From the NCBI GenBank assembly GCA_963847625.1, contig CAWKAR010000022.1:1-64000 (forward strand): a stretch of 64,000 nucleotides of DNA. The letters are read 5' to 3'. The stretch comes from a candidate division FCPU426 bacterium. Its GTDB lineage: Bacteria; Oederibacteriota; Muellerivitia; Muellerivitales; Muellerivitaceae. The translations under genes and the position numbers were made by a program. The notes below the pieces were generated by a model. The model made no database searches, was not told where the DNA came from, and worked only from the letters and a program-made list of their open reading frames with translations. Of this stretch, positions 1 through 8,542 are shown in pieces (positions within the stretch are counted from its first letter, which is position 1; each line of letters begins with the position of its first letter).

Positions 1-88
1 TAACAAAAGTCTTTCCGTATTTTTTGTGTAGCGGCGATGGTAATTCCGCCTCTCAAGCCGGGAAATAAGCCCCGGCAGGAGGGGTAAA

Positions 89-1882
89 ATGGACGAAAAG
101 CAGCAGCAATCAGATCAAGCAGAAGCAGTTCCTTCACTTAGCACACCCATACAAATCAATTCGCATAACCCACCTTTGATGCCAACACAGGGAGAAGAAC
201 CTGTGGACAGCCTTGAAAAGCGTCTGTTTTTGGTCAAGGAATACCTGAAAATCGGTGGTTCCCAGCGATCCTTTTGCATCACCCATGGAATAAATGGTTC
301 GACCTTTAATTGCTGGCTAAAGAAGTATCGGATTGAGGGCAAGGAGTGGATGAGAAAGCGGCACAACCAATATCTCGTATCAGGACACCACGATGGGCCA
401 TTCAAGCCGGAAGAACGTCGACAGGCTGTGGAAATGTTCATGAAATCTGGATCGTCAGTCCATGATTTCGCAAGAGTATGGGGCGTAAGCGAAAACACAC
501 TGGAAGGTTGGCTTCAGAAGTACCGAACTGGAGGGCCTAAAGCCCTTGAGGGCAGAAAACCCGGTGGCCGACCCCGGCGAAAAGGAGTGCGGGAACTCAT
601 TGAGAAGGTAAAACAAGAAAATCCGGATTTTGGTTTGAGGAAAGTGAAAAATTTTCTAGGCCGAATCGCCGGCGTCAGGGTAAGTACCAGCAGTGTCCGT
701 AACGCTCTCAAAGGCAAAGGATATCCAAGCGGGAGGATGAAGAGAAGACGGGAAAAGTCACAACTACCTCGGCGTTTTGAGCGGTCTCGCGCGGGGGACT
801 TGTGGCAAAGCGACATCACGAGTTTCGTCCTCCCTCGATACGGGCAACGGGTTTACTTGACTGTGTTCCTGGATGACTACAGTCGGTACATTGTTTCTTG
901 GAGACTGGCCTTTCAACAAAAACAAGAAATCGTGGTTGAGGCTCTTCTTTCGGGAATAGACCGGTTTGGGCAACCCAAGGAAGTTCTCACAGACCAAGGG
1001 CGGCAGTATTTCGCTTGGCGCGGGAAAGGCGATTTCCAACGGCTCTTGCGTAAAAAAGGTATCCAGCACGTGGTTGCGCGTACTCATCATCCACAGACGG
1101 TTGGAAAGACTGAGCGTTTCTGGGCAACGGTCATGGAAGAATTCTGGGGACGATATCAGCCACAGGATTTAGCCGAGGCAAAGGAACGATTGGGGCATTT
1201 CATCAACCACTACAATCATTTTCGGCCACATCAGGGAATCGATGGAATGGTGCCAGCGGATCGGTTTTTCGGGGTGGAAAATGAGGTCAGAAAAGCGCTG
1301 GAAGCGGCCATGCAAAAGAACGAATTGCGTTTGGCTGTAGGTGAAGAACCAAGGAAGCCGGTATATTTGGTGGGTCAAATTGGGGACCAACAAGTGTCCA
1401 TGCATGGGGAGAAAGGGAAAGTAGTTATCCAGACGCCGGATGGACGTGTACAAGAACTAGGGTTGAATGGTTTGGGCGTGAAAATCCAGGAGGATACCAA
1501 TGGAAGAGGCCGAGAAGGGCGAAAAGAAACGGATTTCCAAGGGCCGCATGAAGAGAAAATTCAAGTTTCAAATGAATGTGGCATTGCCAATGAAGGCCTT
1601 GTGGGAAACGGCAAGTCTGCAGGAGAAGGAGAAAGCGCACCAAACGGCGGCGGTGATGTTGGAATATTGGATGGGTCGCGTCACGAAGGAGGAAGCGGCG
1701 CAGAAACTGGAAATACCACCGTTGCGAGTGTGGCAATTGTCCCAACAAGCGTTGGCGGGCCTGGCGGCGGGGTTGGTGAAGCAACCCAAGGCAGGCAAGA
1801 AAAAGATGAGGGAGGCCTTGCCACCGGAGGAGGACCCGAAGCAACTGAACAAAAAAATCCAGAACCTAGAACGGGACCTTGA
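89..1882 (+). CDS. IS481-family DDE transposase (tandem HTHs + rve core + low-complexity C-terminal tail)
   Basis: Catalytic motifs WQSDIT, LTDQGRQY and PQTVGKTERF are present, as is YNHFRPHQGI. SD GGAGGGG precedes the ATG. Confidence 0.9.
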   Translation: MDEKQQQSDQAEAVPSLSTPIQINSHNPPLMPTQGEEPVDSLEKRLFLVKEYLKIGGSQRSFCITHGINGSTFNCWLKKYRIEGKEWMRKRHNQYLVSGHHDGPFKPEERRQAVEMFMKSGSSVHDFARVWGVSENTLEGWLQKYRTGGPKALEGRKPGGRPRRKGVRELIEKVKQENPDFGLRKVKNFLGRIAGVRVSTSSVRNALKGKGYPSGRMKRRREKSQLPRRFERSRAGDLWQSDITSFVLPRYGQRVYLTVFLDDYSRYIVSWRLAFQQKQEIVVEALLSGIDRFGQPKEVLTDQGRQYFAWRGKGDFQRLLRKKGIQHVVARTHHPQTVGKTERFWATVMEEFWGRYQPQDLAEAKERLGHFINHYNHFRPHQGIDGMVPADRFFGVENEVRKALEAAMQKNELRLAVGEEPRKPVYLVGQIGDQQVSMHGEKGKVVIQTPDGRVQELGLNGLGVKIQEDTNGRGREGRKETDFQGPHEEKIQVSNECGIANEGLVGNGKSAGEGESAPNGGGDVGILDGSRHEGGSGAETGNTTVASVAIVPTSVGGPGGGVGEATQGRQEKDEGGLATGGGPEATEQKNPEPRTGP

Positions 1883-2072
1883 TCTAATGAAAGACCTGGT
1901 GAAGCTATTGAGGGAGCTGCCGGGTAATCGGGAAGTGTTAAAAAAAGCGGAGGAGTTGGGAGGGAAAAAAAAGAAGCCCAAGGTGGTTCGCCCGGCAAGC
2001 GGGAATGTTGTTGGGGAAGAAAAATTGCCGGGGCCAACGGAAGCTTCTATCCAGCCAACTTCAGGTGAGTGA
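1500..2072 (+). CDS. Overlapping HTH + coiled-coil (IS OrfA-like) protein
   Basis: HTH-like VTKEEAAQKLEIPPLRVWQL and heptad LNKKIQNLERDLDLMKDLVKLL. Strong SD AGGAGG lies 6 nt before the ATG. Confidence 0.7.
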   Translation: MEEAEKGEKKRISKGRMKRKFKFQMNVALPMKALWETASLQEKEKAHQTAAVMLEYWMGRVTKEEAAQKLEIPPLRVWQLSQQALAGLAAGLVKQPKAGKKKMREALPPEEDPKQLNKKIQNLERDLDLMKDLVKLLRELPGNREVLKKAEELGGKKKKPKVVRPASGNVVGEEKLPGPTEASIQPTSGE

Positions 2073-3015
2073 GAGGACGCTGAATAATTGGATTCGCGGG
2101 GCGCATAATCAAAAAAGAAAACAGGGACGCCCCGCGTATTCCGCGAGTGCAAGGTATCGGGCTAAGTTGGCAGTAAGGCGTCAAGTGAGGGATTTTGGTT
2201 GGACTACAGGATGGAGATCTATTGCGGCCATCCTTCGCGGCAAAGTATCGACGAGGTTGGTGCAGGAAAGCCTGTCCCAAATAAAGGCGAGACACAGGAA
2301 AAAGTTGAGGGAGTTGGCCGAGAAAAACCGGGTGAGCGTAGAGGTGTTGGCAAAAGATGTGATCTGGGCGCAGGACGCGGCGCACATTGGGCGTGTTGGA
2401 AAAGTAGCATTGCAGGCAGAAGTAATCAAAGATCGAGCGACTTTGGGTTTTAAGGGTCTGGCAGTCGGACCCGCTGCTAAAGCAGAAAATATATTGACCA
2501 TGTTGGAGCTGCAAAAAAAGAAAACAGGACTGCCTTTGGTTTGGTCGACCGACAATGGTTCGGCCTACAAAAACGAAAAATTAACAGACTACCTACGACA
2601 CGAAAAAGTGATTCATCTGCTTTCTCGACCCCGAACACCGCAGGACAATGGGGCCGCTGAGCGAGGAATCGGCGAAATAAAGGCGGAATCCAGCCTGGAA
2701 AAAGGGGTTGGATTTCGTGCTGTGCAAGAAGCAGTATCGTGCTTAGCGAAAACGTGGCACCTGCTAGATGGCCGACCTAGGGCCAACAAAGGTTATCAGA
2801 GCGCCCAGCAGCTTGAAAACAGCCTTGTGAAAGGCCCTTCGCTGGTTGATCGGGAGACTTTCTACCTGGAAGCTTGCAGGAATATTAAAAAAGCGGTACA
2901 AGGAGGTGAAACACCCAGAGAAAAACGAAAAGCGGAGCGGTTAGCTATTTACGAAACACTTGAGAAAAATCACTTGATTAACATTCTGAGGGGCGGAAAA
3001 AATTGTCGTGCTTAA
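2005..3015 (+). CDS. Second DDE integrase/transposase (rve) of the same element
   Basis: Catalytic triad motifs WAQDAAH, STDNGSAY and PQDNGAAERGIGEIK are present. N-terminal HTH VSERTLNNW. Confidence 0.85.
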   Translation: MLLGKKNCRGQRKLLSSQLQVSERTLNNWIRGAHNQKRKQGRPAYSASARYRAKLAVRRQVRDFGWTTGWRSIAAILRGKVSTRLVQESLSQIKARHRKKLRELAEKNRVSVEVLAKDVIWAQDAAHIGRVGKVALQAEVIKDRATLGFKGLAVGPAAKAENILTMLELQKKKTGLPLVWSTDNGSAYKNEKLTDYLRHEKVIHLLSRPRTPQDNGAAERGIGEIKAESSLEKGVGFRAVQEAVSCLAKTWHLLDGRPRANKGYQSAQQLENSLVKGPSLVDRETFYLEACRNIKKAVQGGETPREKRKAERLAIYETLEKNHLINILRGGKNCRA

Positions 3016-3050
3016 CAGGAAATTCCGGAAGATATTTTGTGAACACTACA

Positions 3051-3526
3051 AACTTAGCCCCAAACGGCGCGCGAATTCGTTGTACAACACCATTTACATT
3101 AAGGGTCAGGATTTGGGCAGTACGTGTATCTGACAAAACATCAACAATATAATCATGCACGGAACCAGAATCTGGCAAACGCGAATAATGTTGATGTGTT
3201 GAAGGAAGTCGAGGGTTATCAAACGTACCGGTTCTTGAATTAGCAACATTATCGTGGGCTAGCATTGAAAGAGCAAAAATAGCCTGTGCTTTAAAACCTT
3301 CTGTTAAAGAAGCGGACCGGCTATCATTTTCGCCTGCCCATGTTTTCCCAATTTCTTGATAAAGCACACCCTCTATGTATCGCGTAATAGAAATAACTTT
3401 AGTTGAATCGTCTGGGTCCTCTACATAACTTCCGGAACCAAACATTTGAAGTTGAACATCTGCGAATAAGCAAAGATTTCCGTAAAAAAACAGGAATAAA
3501 ATACCCAAAAATATTTTTCGGATCAT
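3051..3526 (-). pseudogene. Secreted SpoIID/LytB-domain-like protein, truncated by IS insertion
   Basis: Signal peptide MIRKIFLGILFLFF...FA. RYIEGVLYQEIG..W...EGFKAQAIFALS resembles the SpoIID motif YLxGVVxxEM..W..EALKAQAVAAR. The frame runs into the IS end at 3050. Confidence 0.65.
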
Positions 3527-3533
3527 CAGTGCC

Positions 3534-4574
3534 TCACCAATAAATTGGCAAATGATATATTTCCATTCCTTCAATCGTGTCAAAAAGGTAATAAACATCG
3601 CCTTTGGCGTCTATGGCGGGGAGAATATATGCGCTGGCGTAATAGTCTTTTTCAGGAGGGAACAGGAAAAATTGCCATTTACTCGTTTGGATGTTTTGAA
3701 CATATATGCCGTAATGACCTGTACGGCCTTCCTTTACGCCATATAAAAAACCATATAGATTTCCATAACCTTTACCCAGTGTTAAAAGAACCGTACCCCA
3801 AACTTTTTTATTGGTAATATCTGAAATATTTTTTTTAATTTCAGAATGTTTCTTCATTGACGCAAATTCAGGCAAGTCATAGTTAGTCTCGAAATATTTT
3901 TTTTCTATTTCCACTTTATCGTTAGATAACAATGAATCGATTTTTTGATTTTCTTTTGTACGGTCAGAATGGTGATAGATACTTCCGGTAGACAATCCAA
4001 CGTTAAATTCGCTACCCCCTTCCGGTATTTCGATTCTTTTTTTATTTGTTATTTTATTTGAAGAATTAATTATGAGAGACCAAACTCCCTTGTCTCCGCT
4101 TCTTTTATGGTACTTTGACAATAATCCGATATTTCCGTTGAAATAGTTCTCCACATTATAAGGAGAGATAGAACCTCCAATTTCATTTTCGTTTATTTCT
4201 TTGATGAATTTCCCTGTTGAATCAAAAAAGTAAATCCCCGCACTGAAAACCACACAGAATTCACCGACTGGTCGAACCAGCAATTTATTTGGGCCGTAAA
4301 AAATTTTTCCGCTGCCGTGCAAAGGCAATTTATACGAATCTGTCTTCCATGGAATTTTGACCACTAATCTTGAAGATGATTCTGGGATTAACGTTTGGGA
4401 AAATGCTCCCGTTGTCGGCTCTAATAACAAAATAAAAAATAAAAATAAGATATGGATTCGGAAACCATTTACATGATTTCTTAATAATCTATCCGGACGG
4501 ATCGTATTTGATTTTTCCATTCGATCCTCTTTCGTCTTATTAGCATGCTTTTTATTGTCATATTTGATGTTCAT
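3534..4574 (-). CDS. Hypothetical secreted protein, possibly beta-propeller
   Basis: 346-aa AT-rich ORF with SD GGAGG, a hydrophobic signal segment ending GAFSQ and a beta-rich mature region. Confidence 0.65.
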   Translation of the reverse strand: MNIKYDNKKHANKTKEDRMEKSNTIRPDRLLRNHVNGFRIHILFLFFILLLEPTTGAFSQTLIPESSSRLVVKIPWKTDSYKLPLHGSGKIFYGPNKLLVRPVGEFCVVFSAGIYFFDSTGKFIKEINENEIGGSISPYNVENYFNGNIGLLSKYHKRSGDKGVWSLIINSSNKITNKKRIEIPEGGSEFNVGLSTGSIYHHSDRTKENQKIDSLLSNDKVEIEKKYFETNYDLPEFASMKKHSEIKKNISDITNKKVWGTVLLTLGKGYGNLYGFLYGVKEGRTGHYGIYVQNIQTSKWQFFLFPPEKDYYASAYILPAIDAKGDVYYLFDTIEGMEIYHLPIYW

Positions 4575-4723
4575 GAAATTCCTCCAAAGGTTGGTTTATG
4601 TTTAATAGTTGTCAATTTTAAAATTGGATGTAAAGCTTGATGATTATTTTTCCAGGAAAGAGGTAAAGTCTTAAGGGTTAACGGGAATGAAAATCTTGTT
4701 TCAAACGTTTTTAGAAATTTCAC
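4571..4723 (-). CDS. 50-aa leader ORF, copy 1 (MKFLKTFETRFSFPLTLK...GGIS)
   Basis: SD GGGAGG + GTG start. Its stop overlaps the next ATG (ATGA). A same-length paralog lies at 8257-8409. Confidence 0.6.
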   Translation of the reverse strand: MKFLKTFETRFSFPLTLKTLPLSWKNNHQALHPILKLTTIKHKPTFGGIS

Positions 4724-4828
4724 TTAATACGCCTCCCTGCTACTAACTGGTGGGTGGAGGGTGGGGATTGAAAAAATGTTTAAAGAGTCGTTGTGTGAAA
4801 AATAATGGCGAAAAATTATGCAAGATTT

Positions 4829-4857
4829 ACTCTAGATATACTGATTCAATAGGTCAA
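4829..4857 (-). promoter_or_regulatory. sigma70-type promoter TTGACC-N17-TAGAGT
   Basis: The hexamers and 17-nt spacing are conserved in both repeat copies, upstream of the leader ORF. Confidence 0.6.
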
Positions 4858-5158
4858 CAAAAATACCGGTAAAATTTATTTTGCTTTAATAATCCACCAC
4901 TAATGGCGTGAAGTATTTTGACACCTCAAAATTGGAACTAGGCTGGGAAATACACGTTTTTTTAACAAAGAATGAATCGTTGGTTTTATAGGTTAAAAAT
5001 TATTTTTGCGTGAAAGTCCAAGGGTATTTTAGAGGTAAAGTGGGTTAGGAAATGTGCTATTTCTTAAAAAATAAGGAATTATTGGGTCGAATTAACCGAA
5101 AAGCCACGGGCGATTAAAAAAAGGTGACTATACCTTCACGACACGTAAAGAAATTTAT

Positions 5159-6208
5159 TTATCGCAGATAACGACCGATAAACGCCGATAACAGCTTATA
5201 GTTTATGGCTTTCTCAAACTTATCGGCGTCCATCGGATTTGATCGGCGGTTCCATGTCTTTTTGCTTTTACTTTCTGTTAATTTCCGAGCGAACTTCTCG
5301 TCTTCCACCAACCTCTTTTTTATCTTCATCCATCGGTTCCCAATCGCGCTTGCCCCCACCCCCATTTTCTTCCCTATTGCCTTGTAACCCATTCCCGATT
5401 TCCTTTTCAACAAATAGATCGCCACATCCCGTGCTTCCGATTCCCTTTTACCAGCTCTCAAGATTTCTTCGGGTTTTTCACCATACATCCTGCCTACCTT
5501 CGCCAATACTTCTTTCGAATCTTGCTTTACCACGTGTTTCTGGTACTTGGGGATATCCAAATGCTTGTGTCGTTGGCCTACTTCGTGGACTTTATCTAAA
5601 AACTCCTTCCCGCCCAGGTATAGCCTTGAATACAAGTCCTCCCATGGCTTTTCTTTCTTTCCCATCCCCTCATTTACGAATTTCCTATATTCTTTCTGTG
5701 CCCTTTTTCTATTCTTTCCAAACTGTCCCAATAACCAGTCCACTTCCAGCCATTCCCCCCCCTTTTCAAGCCCCGCTGTCGCCCGATAACTGCTCCATTT
5801 CCAATCTTGTGGGTGTTTCACCATCCGGGCCCTGACCGGATTCAAAACCACATACCGGCTCAATTCCTTTAAATAGCTGTCTTTCTCCACGATGATCGCC
5901 TTATACCGCCCCTGAAACAAATGGCCATTCCGATGGTGCTTTTTGTTGAATTTCTGTGTGTATTGGGCATTTAAATGCTTCATAGCTACCGACAAATTCG
6001 CGTTTGGGGTTTCCAACATCAAATGGTAATGATTGTCCATCAACACCCAGGCGTGGCATAACACACCGTTTTCTTCAACCATTTCCCCCAACAATCGCGT
6101 GAACATCTTGCGGTCGGCGTCATTCGTTACGATTTTTCGCCGTTCATTACCACGTGAGGTCACATGGTAAACAGCCCCTTCATAATGTATCCGCTTGGGT
6201 CTTGGCAT
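5159..6208 (-). CDS. Y1 HUH tyrosine transposase (IS200/RAYT-like) with C-terminal DnaA-C-like HTH
   Basis: Motifs YHVTSRGN, LMDNHYHL (HUH), GHLFQGRYK, RYVVLNPVRA and WKWSSY are present. Confidence 0.9.
   Translation of the reverse strand: MPRPKRIHYEGAVYHVTSRGNERRKIVTNDADRKMFTRLLGEMVEENGVLCHAWVLMDNHYHLMLETPNANLSVAMKHLNAQYTQKFNKKHHRNGHLFQGRYKAIIVEKDSYLKELSRYVVLNPVRARMVKHPQDWKWSSYRATAGLEKGGEWLEVDWLLGQFGKNRKRAQKEYRKFVNEGMGKKEKPWEDLYSRLYLGGKEFLDKVHEVGQRHKHLDIPKYQKHVVKQDSKEVLAKVGRMYGEKPEEILRAGKRESEARDVAIYLLKRKSGMGYKAIGKKMGVGASAIGNRWMKIKKRLVEDEKFARKLTESKSKKTWNRRSNPMDADKFEKAINYKLLSAFIGRYLR
5161..5251. repeat. REP-like imperfect palindrome with 10-nt periodic arms
   Basis: ATCGCAGAT-AACGACCGAT-AAACGCCGAT ... 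ATCGGCGTCC-ATCGGATTTG-ATCGGCGGTT. Confidence 0.75.
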
Positions 6209-6313
6209 AAGGGCATTGTAAACAACTCATCCCATTTGTAAAGTGTTGAATGTTGGCCTGACCCCTTTTTTTGTTTGACCAACTATGCTCAATGTAACTT
6301 ATAGAATCTTTAT

Positions 6314-6391
6314 TTATAAATCGCCACGTGCAATAGAAGGCAATAAAATCAAAATGAAAAAAAGAATTTTTAATGCTTGAAACTTGATCAA
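6314..6391 (-). pseudogene. Signal-peptide-only remnant (MIKFQALKILFFILILLPSIARGDL*)
   Basis: SD AAGGA + TTG start, a typical signal peptide, then an immediate stop. It occupies the second-gene position of cassette copy 2. Confidence 0.4.
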
Positions 6392-6437
6392 TTTTTTCCT
6401 TAGAAGTTTAATAACTTCCTGAATTATTTATTTCATT

Positions 6438-7492
6438 GCCGAATTCACGGAGTAAGTGCAACACTTCGCCGGAAGACTTCCGCCGGAGTTTTAAAGCCCA
6501 AACATTTCCTGGGCCTGTTATTGAGCCATCTTTCTATGGTCCTGAATTCTTTGAAGGACACTTTAGCAAGATCAGTCTTTTTAGGCAAATGGCGGCGGAC
6601 AAGACCGATAGTATTTTCCACCGTACCTTTTTCCCAACTGTGGAAAGGGGCGCAGAAAAAGGATTTTGTACCAAGCACGTGGTTGGTTTCCAAGTGGTTG
6701 GTGTTTTCGGTTCCGTTGTCATAGGTCAGACTCAGGCGGGCGTCTTGAGGGAAGCGGCATAAAGCGCGGTTGAGGCTATGACTCATTTGGCGAGCGGTCT
6801 TTCGTTTGAGCTTTCCCAACTTGGAAAAACGGCTTTGACGCTCGACGAGAGCCCGCATAGCCACTTTACTCTGACGAGAGACCATGGTGTCGGTTTCCCA
6901 ATGGCCGAATTGCTTGCGTTGATTGGCGATCTCGGAGCGCTTATCGATGGAAACACGGCCTGGGATATGGTTTTTGGCGTGCTTACGGCTATGGCCAAAT
7001 GAGAATCGTCGCCGGTGATGTCGAACTAGGCAAGGAATCAGCTCAGTGGCTTCAGCATAAACCCACTGATAGATAGCTTCAGGACCAATGGTTTGCTTAG
7101 GCCGTAGGTGACCTAATCGACCTGAAATGAGTTCTGGAGACCAGCCTCGTTTCAATTGACGACGGACGTAGGCACGAATTCGTTTTGTTTTCAGGCGTAA
7201 ACGGCGTGCTCGTTGTTGGTTGCGGTCAACATACCGTTGATGGGCTCGATGAGAAAGATAATAACCAGAACGGATAGGGGGAGCATTGCGCTTGAGTTCC
7301 CTGGAGAGGGTGGAAGGAGACCTCTTCAAGGCGCGTGAAATTGCTCGAAGGCTAAGACCCTTTCCTTTCAAGACGGATAAATGATCTCTTTCTTCAACGC
7401 TTAAATGCTTGTATTTCTTTTTCATAGCCGCATATCCTATTCATGCGGCCTTCTTCAGACACTAAGTGTTGCACTTACTTATGGAACTCGGG
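6438..7492 (-). mobile_element. IS30-family element (1055 bp)
   Basis: 27-bp imperfect terminal IRs with core AAGTGCAACAC. 3-bp target duplication ATT at 6435-6437 and 7493-7495. Confidence 0.9.
6445..7425 (-). CDS. IS30-family transposase
   Basis: Motifs HLSVEER, GHWETDT, TYDNGTE, WEKGTVEN and LNNRPRKCLGFKTP are present. Confidence 0.95.
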   Translation of the reverse strand: MKKKYKHLSVEERDHLSVLKGKGLSLRAISRALKRSPSTLSRELKRNAPPIRSGYYLSHRAHQRYVDRNQQRARRLRLKTKRIRAYVRRQLKRGWSPELISGRLGHLRPKQTIGPEAIYQWVYAEATELIPCLVRHHRRRFSFGHSRKHAKNHIPGRVSIDKRSEIANQRKQFGHWETDTMVSRQSKVAMRALVERQSRFSKLGKLKRKTARQMSHSLNRALCRFPQDARLSLTYDNGTENTNHLETNHVLGTKSFFCAPFHSWEKGTVENTIGLVRRHLPKKTDLAKVSFKEFRTIERWLNNRPRKCLGFKTPAEVFRRSVALTP

Positions 7493-8260
7493 ATTTAATA
7501 TTTCTTTCCTTTTTCGCTTTAACTTTTGCGCATTAATATTTTTTGAGTTCCAACCGCCCACTGGTTTTTGATTTTCATATAGCTCATGCAAAATTCTCAA
7601 TTTCAAGACTTTATCGTGGTTGGAAAAATATTTATCGGCGGAGCCGCCTGCTTTCACTGCAGTGGTTTTATCTTTCTTATATTTCGCATAAGATTTCGAA
7701 TCTTTAATTTCCTTTAATAACTGATCGGCCAAGTTATCTGTATTGTTTAAATCGGAGTTTTTACGCAACAACCTATAAGTTGATTTAAAAATAACTAAGT
7801 CTTCCCAAGCCCATTCGCAGAAATCGTCAAACTTTTCGTTGCCAAGTGTGTTTCGCAATTGGATCGCTCCTTCAACACACTCACCAAGTAAAGGGTTTCC
7901 CTTATAGGGATCATCTAAGTGTGATTCGACTTCTCTATATCTTTCGTAAAGATCACTGAGACTCTTTATCGCTTCCATTTCTTTATCCGTCAAATTCAAA
8001 GATGCCTTTAATGCAGGAAACGATTCAGGTCGTAAAAAATCCGGGAAACCATGTAACCACAAAACTCTCATCCACCAATCTCTGTTTACAGGTTTTGTTG
8101 TCCAAGACGAAGAAGTGGGTGTCTGTCCCATCGCAAGTTTTATAGGTATAGAATTAAAAATAATTCCCAAACCTAAAACAAATAAAAAAGAGCTTATACC
8201 ACCATTAATCACTTTTTTTAGCCACCCCATCTCAAAGCGGGTTCTGTTTTCTTTTTTCAT
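7475..8260 (-). CDS. Hypothetical secreted/membrane-anchored helical protein; 3' end replaced by IS30
   Basis: 261 aa, SD GGAGG and an N-terminal hydrophobic segment. Empty-site reconstruction gives the native end ILNEINNSGSY*. Confidence 0.65.
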   Translation of the reverse strand: MKKENRTRFEMGWLKKVINGGISSFLFVLGLGIIFNSIPIKLAMGQTPTSSSWTTKPVNRDWWMRVLWLHGFPDFLRPESFPALKASLNLTDKEMEAIKSLSDLYERYREVESHLDDPYKGNPLLGECVEGAIQLRNTLGNEKFDDFCEWAWEDLVIFKSTYRLLRKNSDLNNTDNLADQLLKEIKDSKSYAKYKKDKTTAVKAGGSADKYFSNHDKVLKLRILHELYENQKPVGGWNSKNINAQKLKRKRKEILNPEFHK

Positions 8261-8409
8261 GCAATTCCTCCAGAGAATTTTTGATGCTTCATGATATTCA
8301 ATTTAATAAATGAGTAAAGGTAACGATGTTGAATTATCCAAGGAGGAAGGAAAGTTTTAAGAGCCAACGGACATGAAGAATTCGATTCAAACGTTTTTAG
8401 AAATTTCAC
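8257..8409 (-). CDS. 50-aa leader ORF, copy 2 (MKFLKTFESNSSCPLALK...GGIA)
   Basis: SD GGGAGG + GTG start and ATGA overlap with the next gene. 24/50 aa are identical to copy 1 with no indels. Confidence 0.6.
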   Translation of the reverse strand: MKFLKTFESNSSCPLALKTFLPPWIIQHRYLYSFIKLNIMKHQKFSGGIA

Positions 8410-8513
8410 TTAATATACCTCCCTGCTGCTAAAAGGTGGGTGGAGGAGAGGGTTGAATAAATGTTAAAAGAGTCGATGTATGAAAAATAATGGCGAAAAA
8501 TTATGCAAGATTT

Positions 8514-8542
8514 ACTCTAGATATACTGATTCAATTGGTCAA
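8514..8542 (-). promoter_or_regulatory. sigma70-type promoter TTGACC-N17-TAGAGT
   Basis: Same motif as 4829-4857. Confidence 0.6.

Larger units (their letters stand above)
1..3050 (+). mobile_element. IS481-like insertion element (~3.06 kb) with three overlapping ORFs; left end lies ~8 bp before the window start
   Basis: The right end reads ...GGAAGATATTTTGTGAACACTACA (reverse complement TGTAGTGTTCACAAAATATCTTCCGG). It aligns imperfectly with bases 1-20 (TAACAAAAGTCTTTCCGTA). The element interrupts the minus-strand ORF at 3051. Confidence 0.8.
4571..5090. repeat. Diverged direct repeat, copy 1 (partner 8257-~8765)
   Basis: 55 bp are identical (4796-4850 = 8481-8535), with colinear similarity on both sides. 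Confidence 0.9.

Noticed and set aside
1938..1950. A7G run as an IS3-type -1 programmed frameshift joining ORF2 and ORF3
   Set aside because: ORF3 is in the +1 phase relative to ORF2, and the -1 frame hits TGA near 2066.
4806..4823. TGGCGAAAAATTATGCA as a sigma54 promoter (also at 8491)
   Set aside because: The GG-to-GC spacing is 11 rather than 10, and it faces away from the cassette genes.
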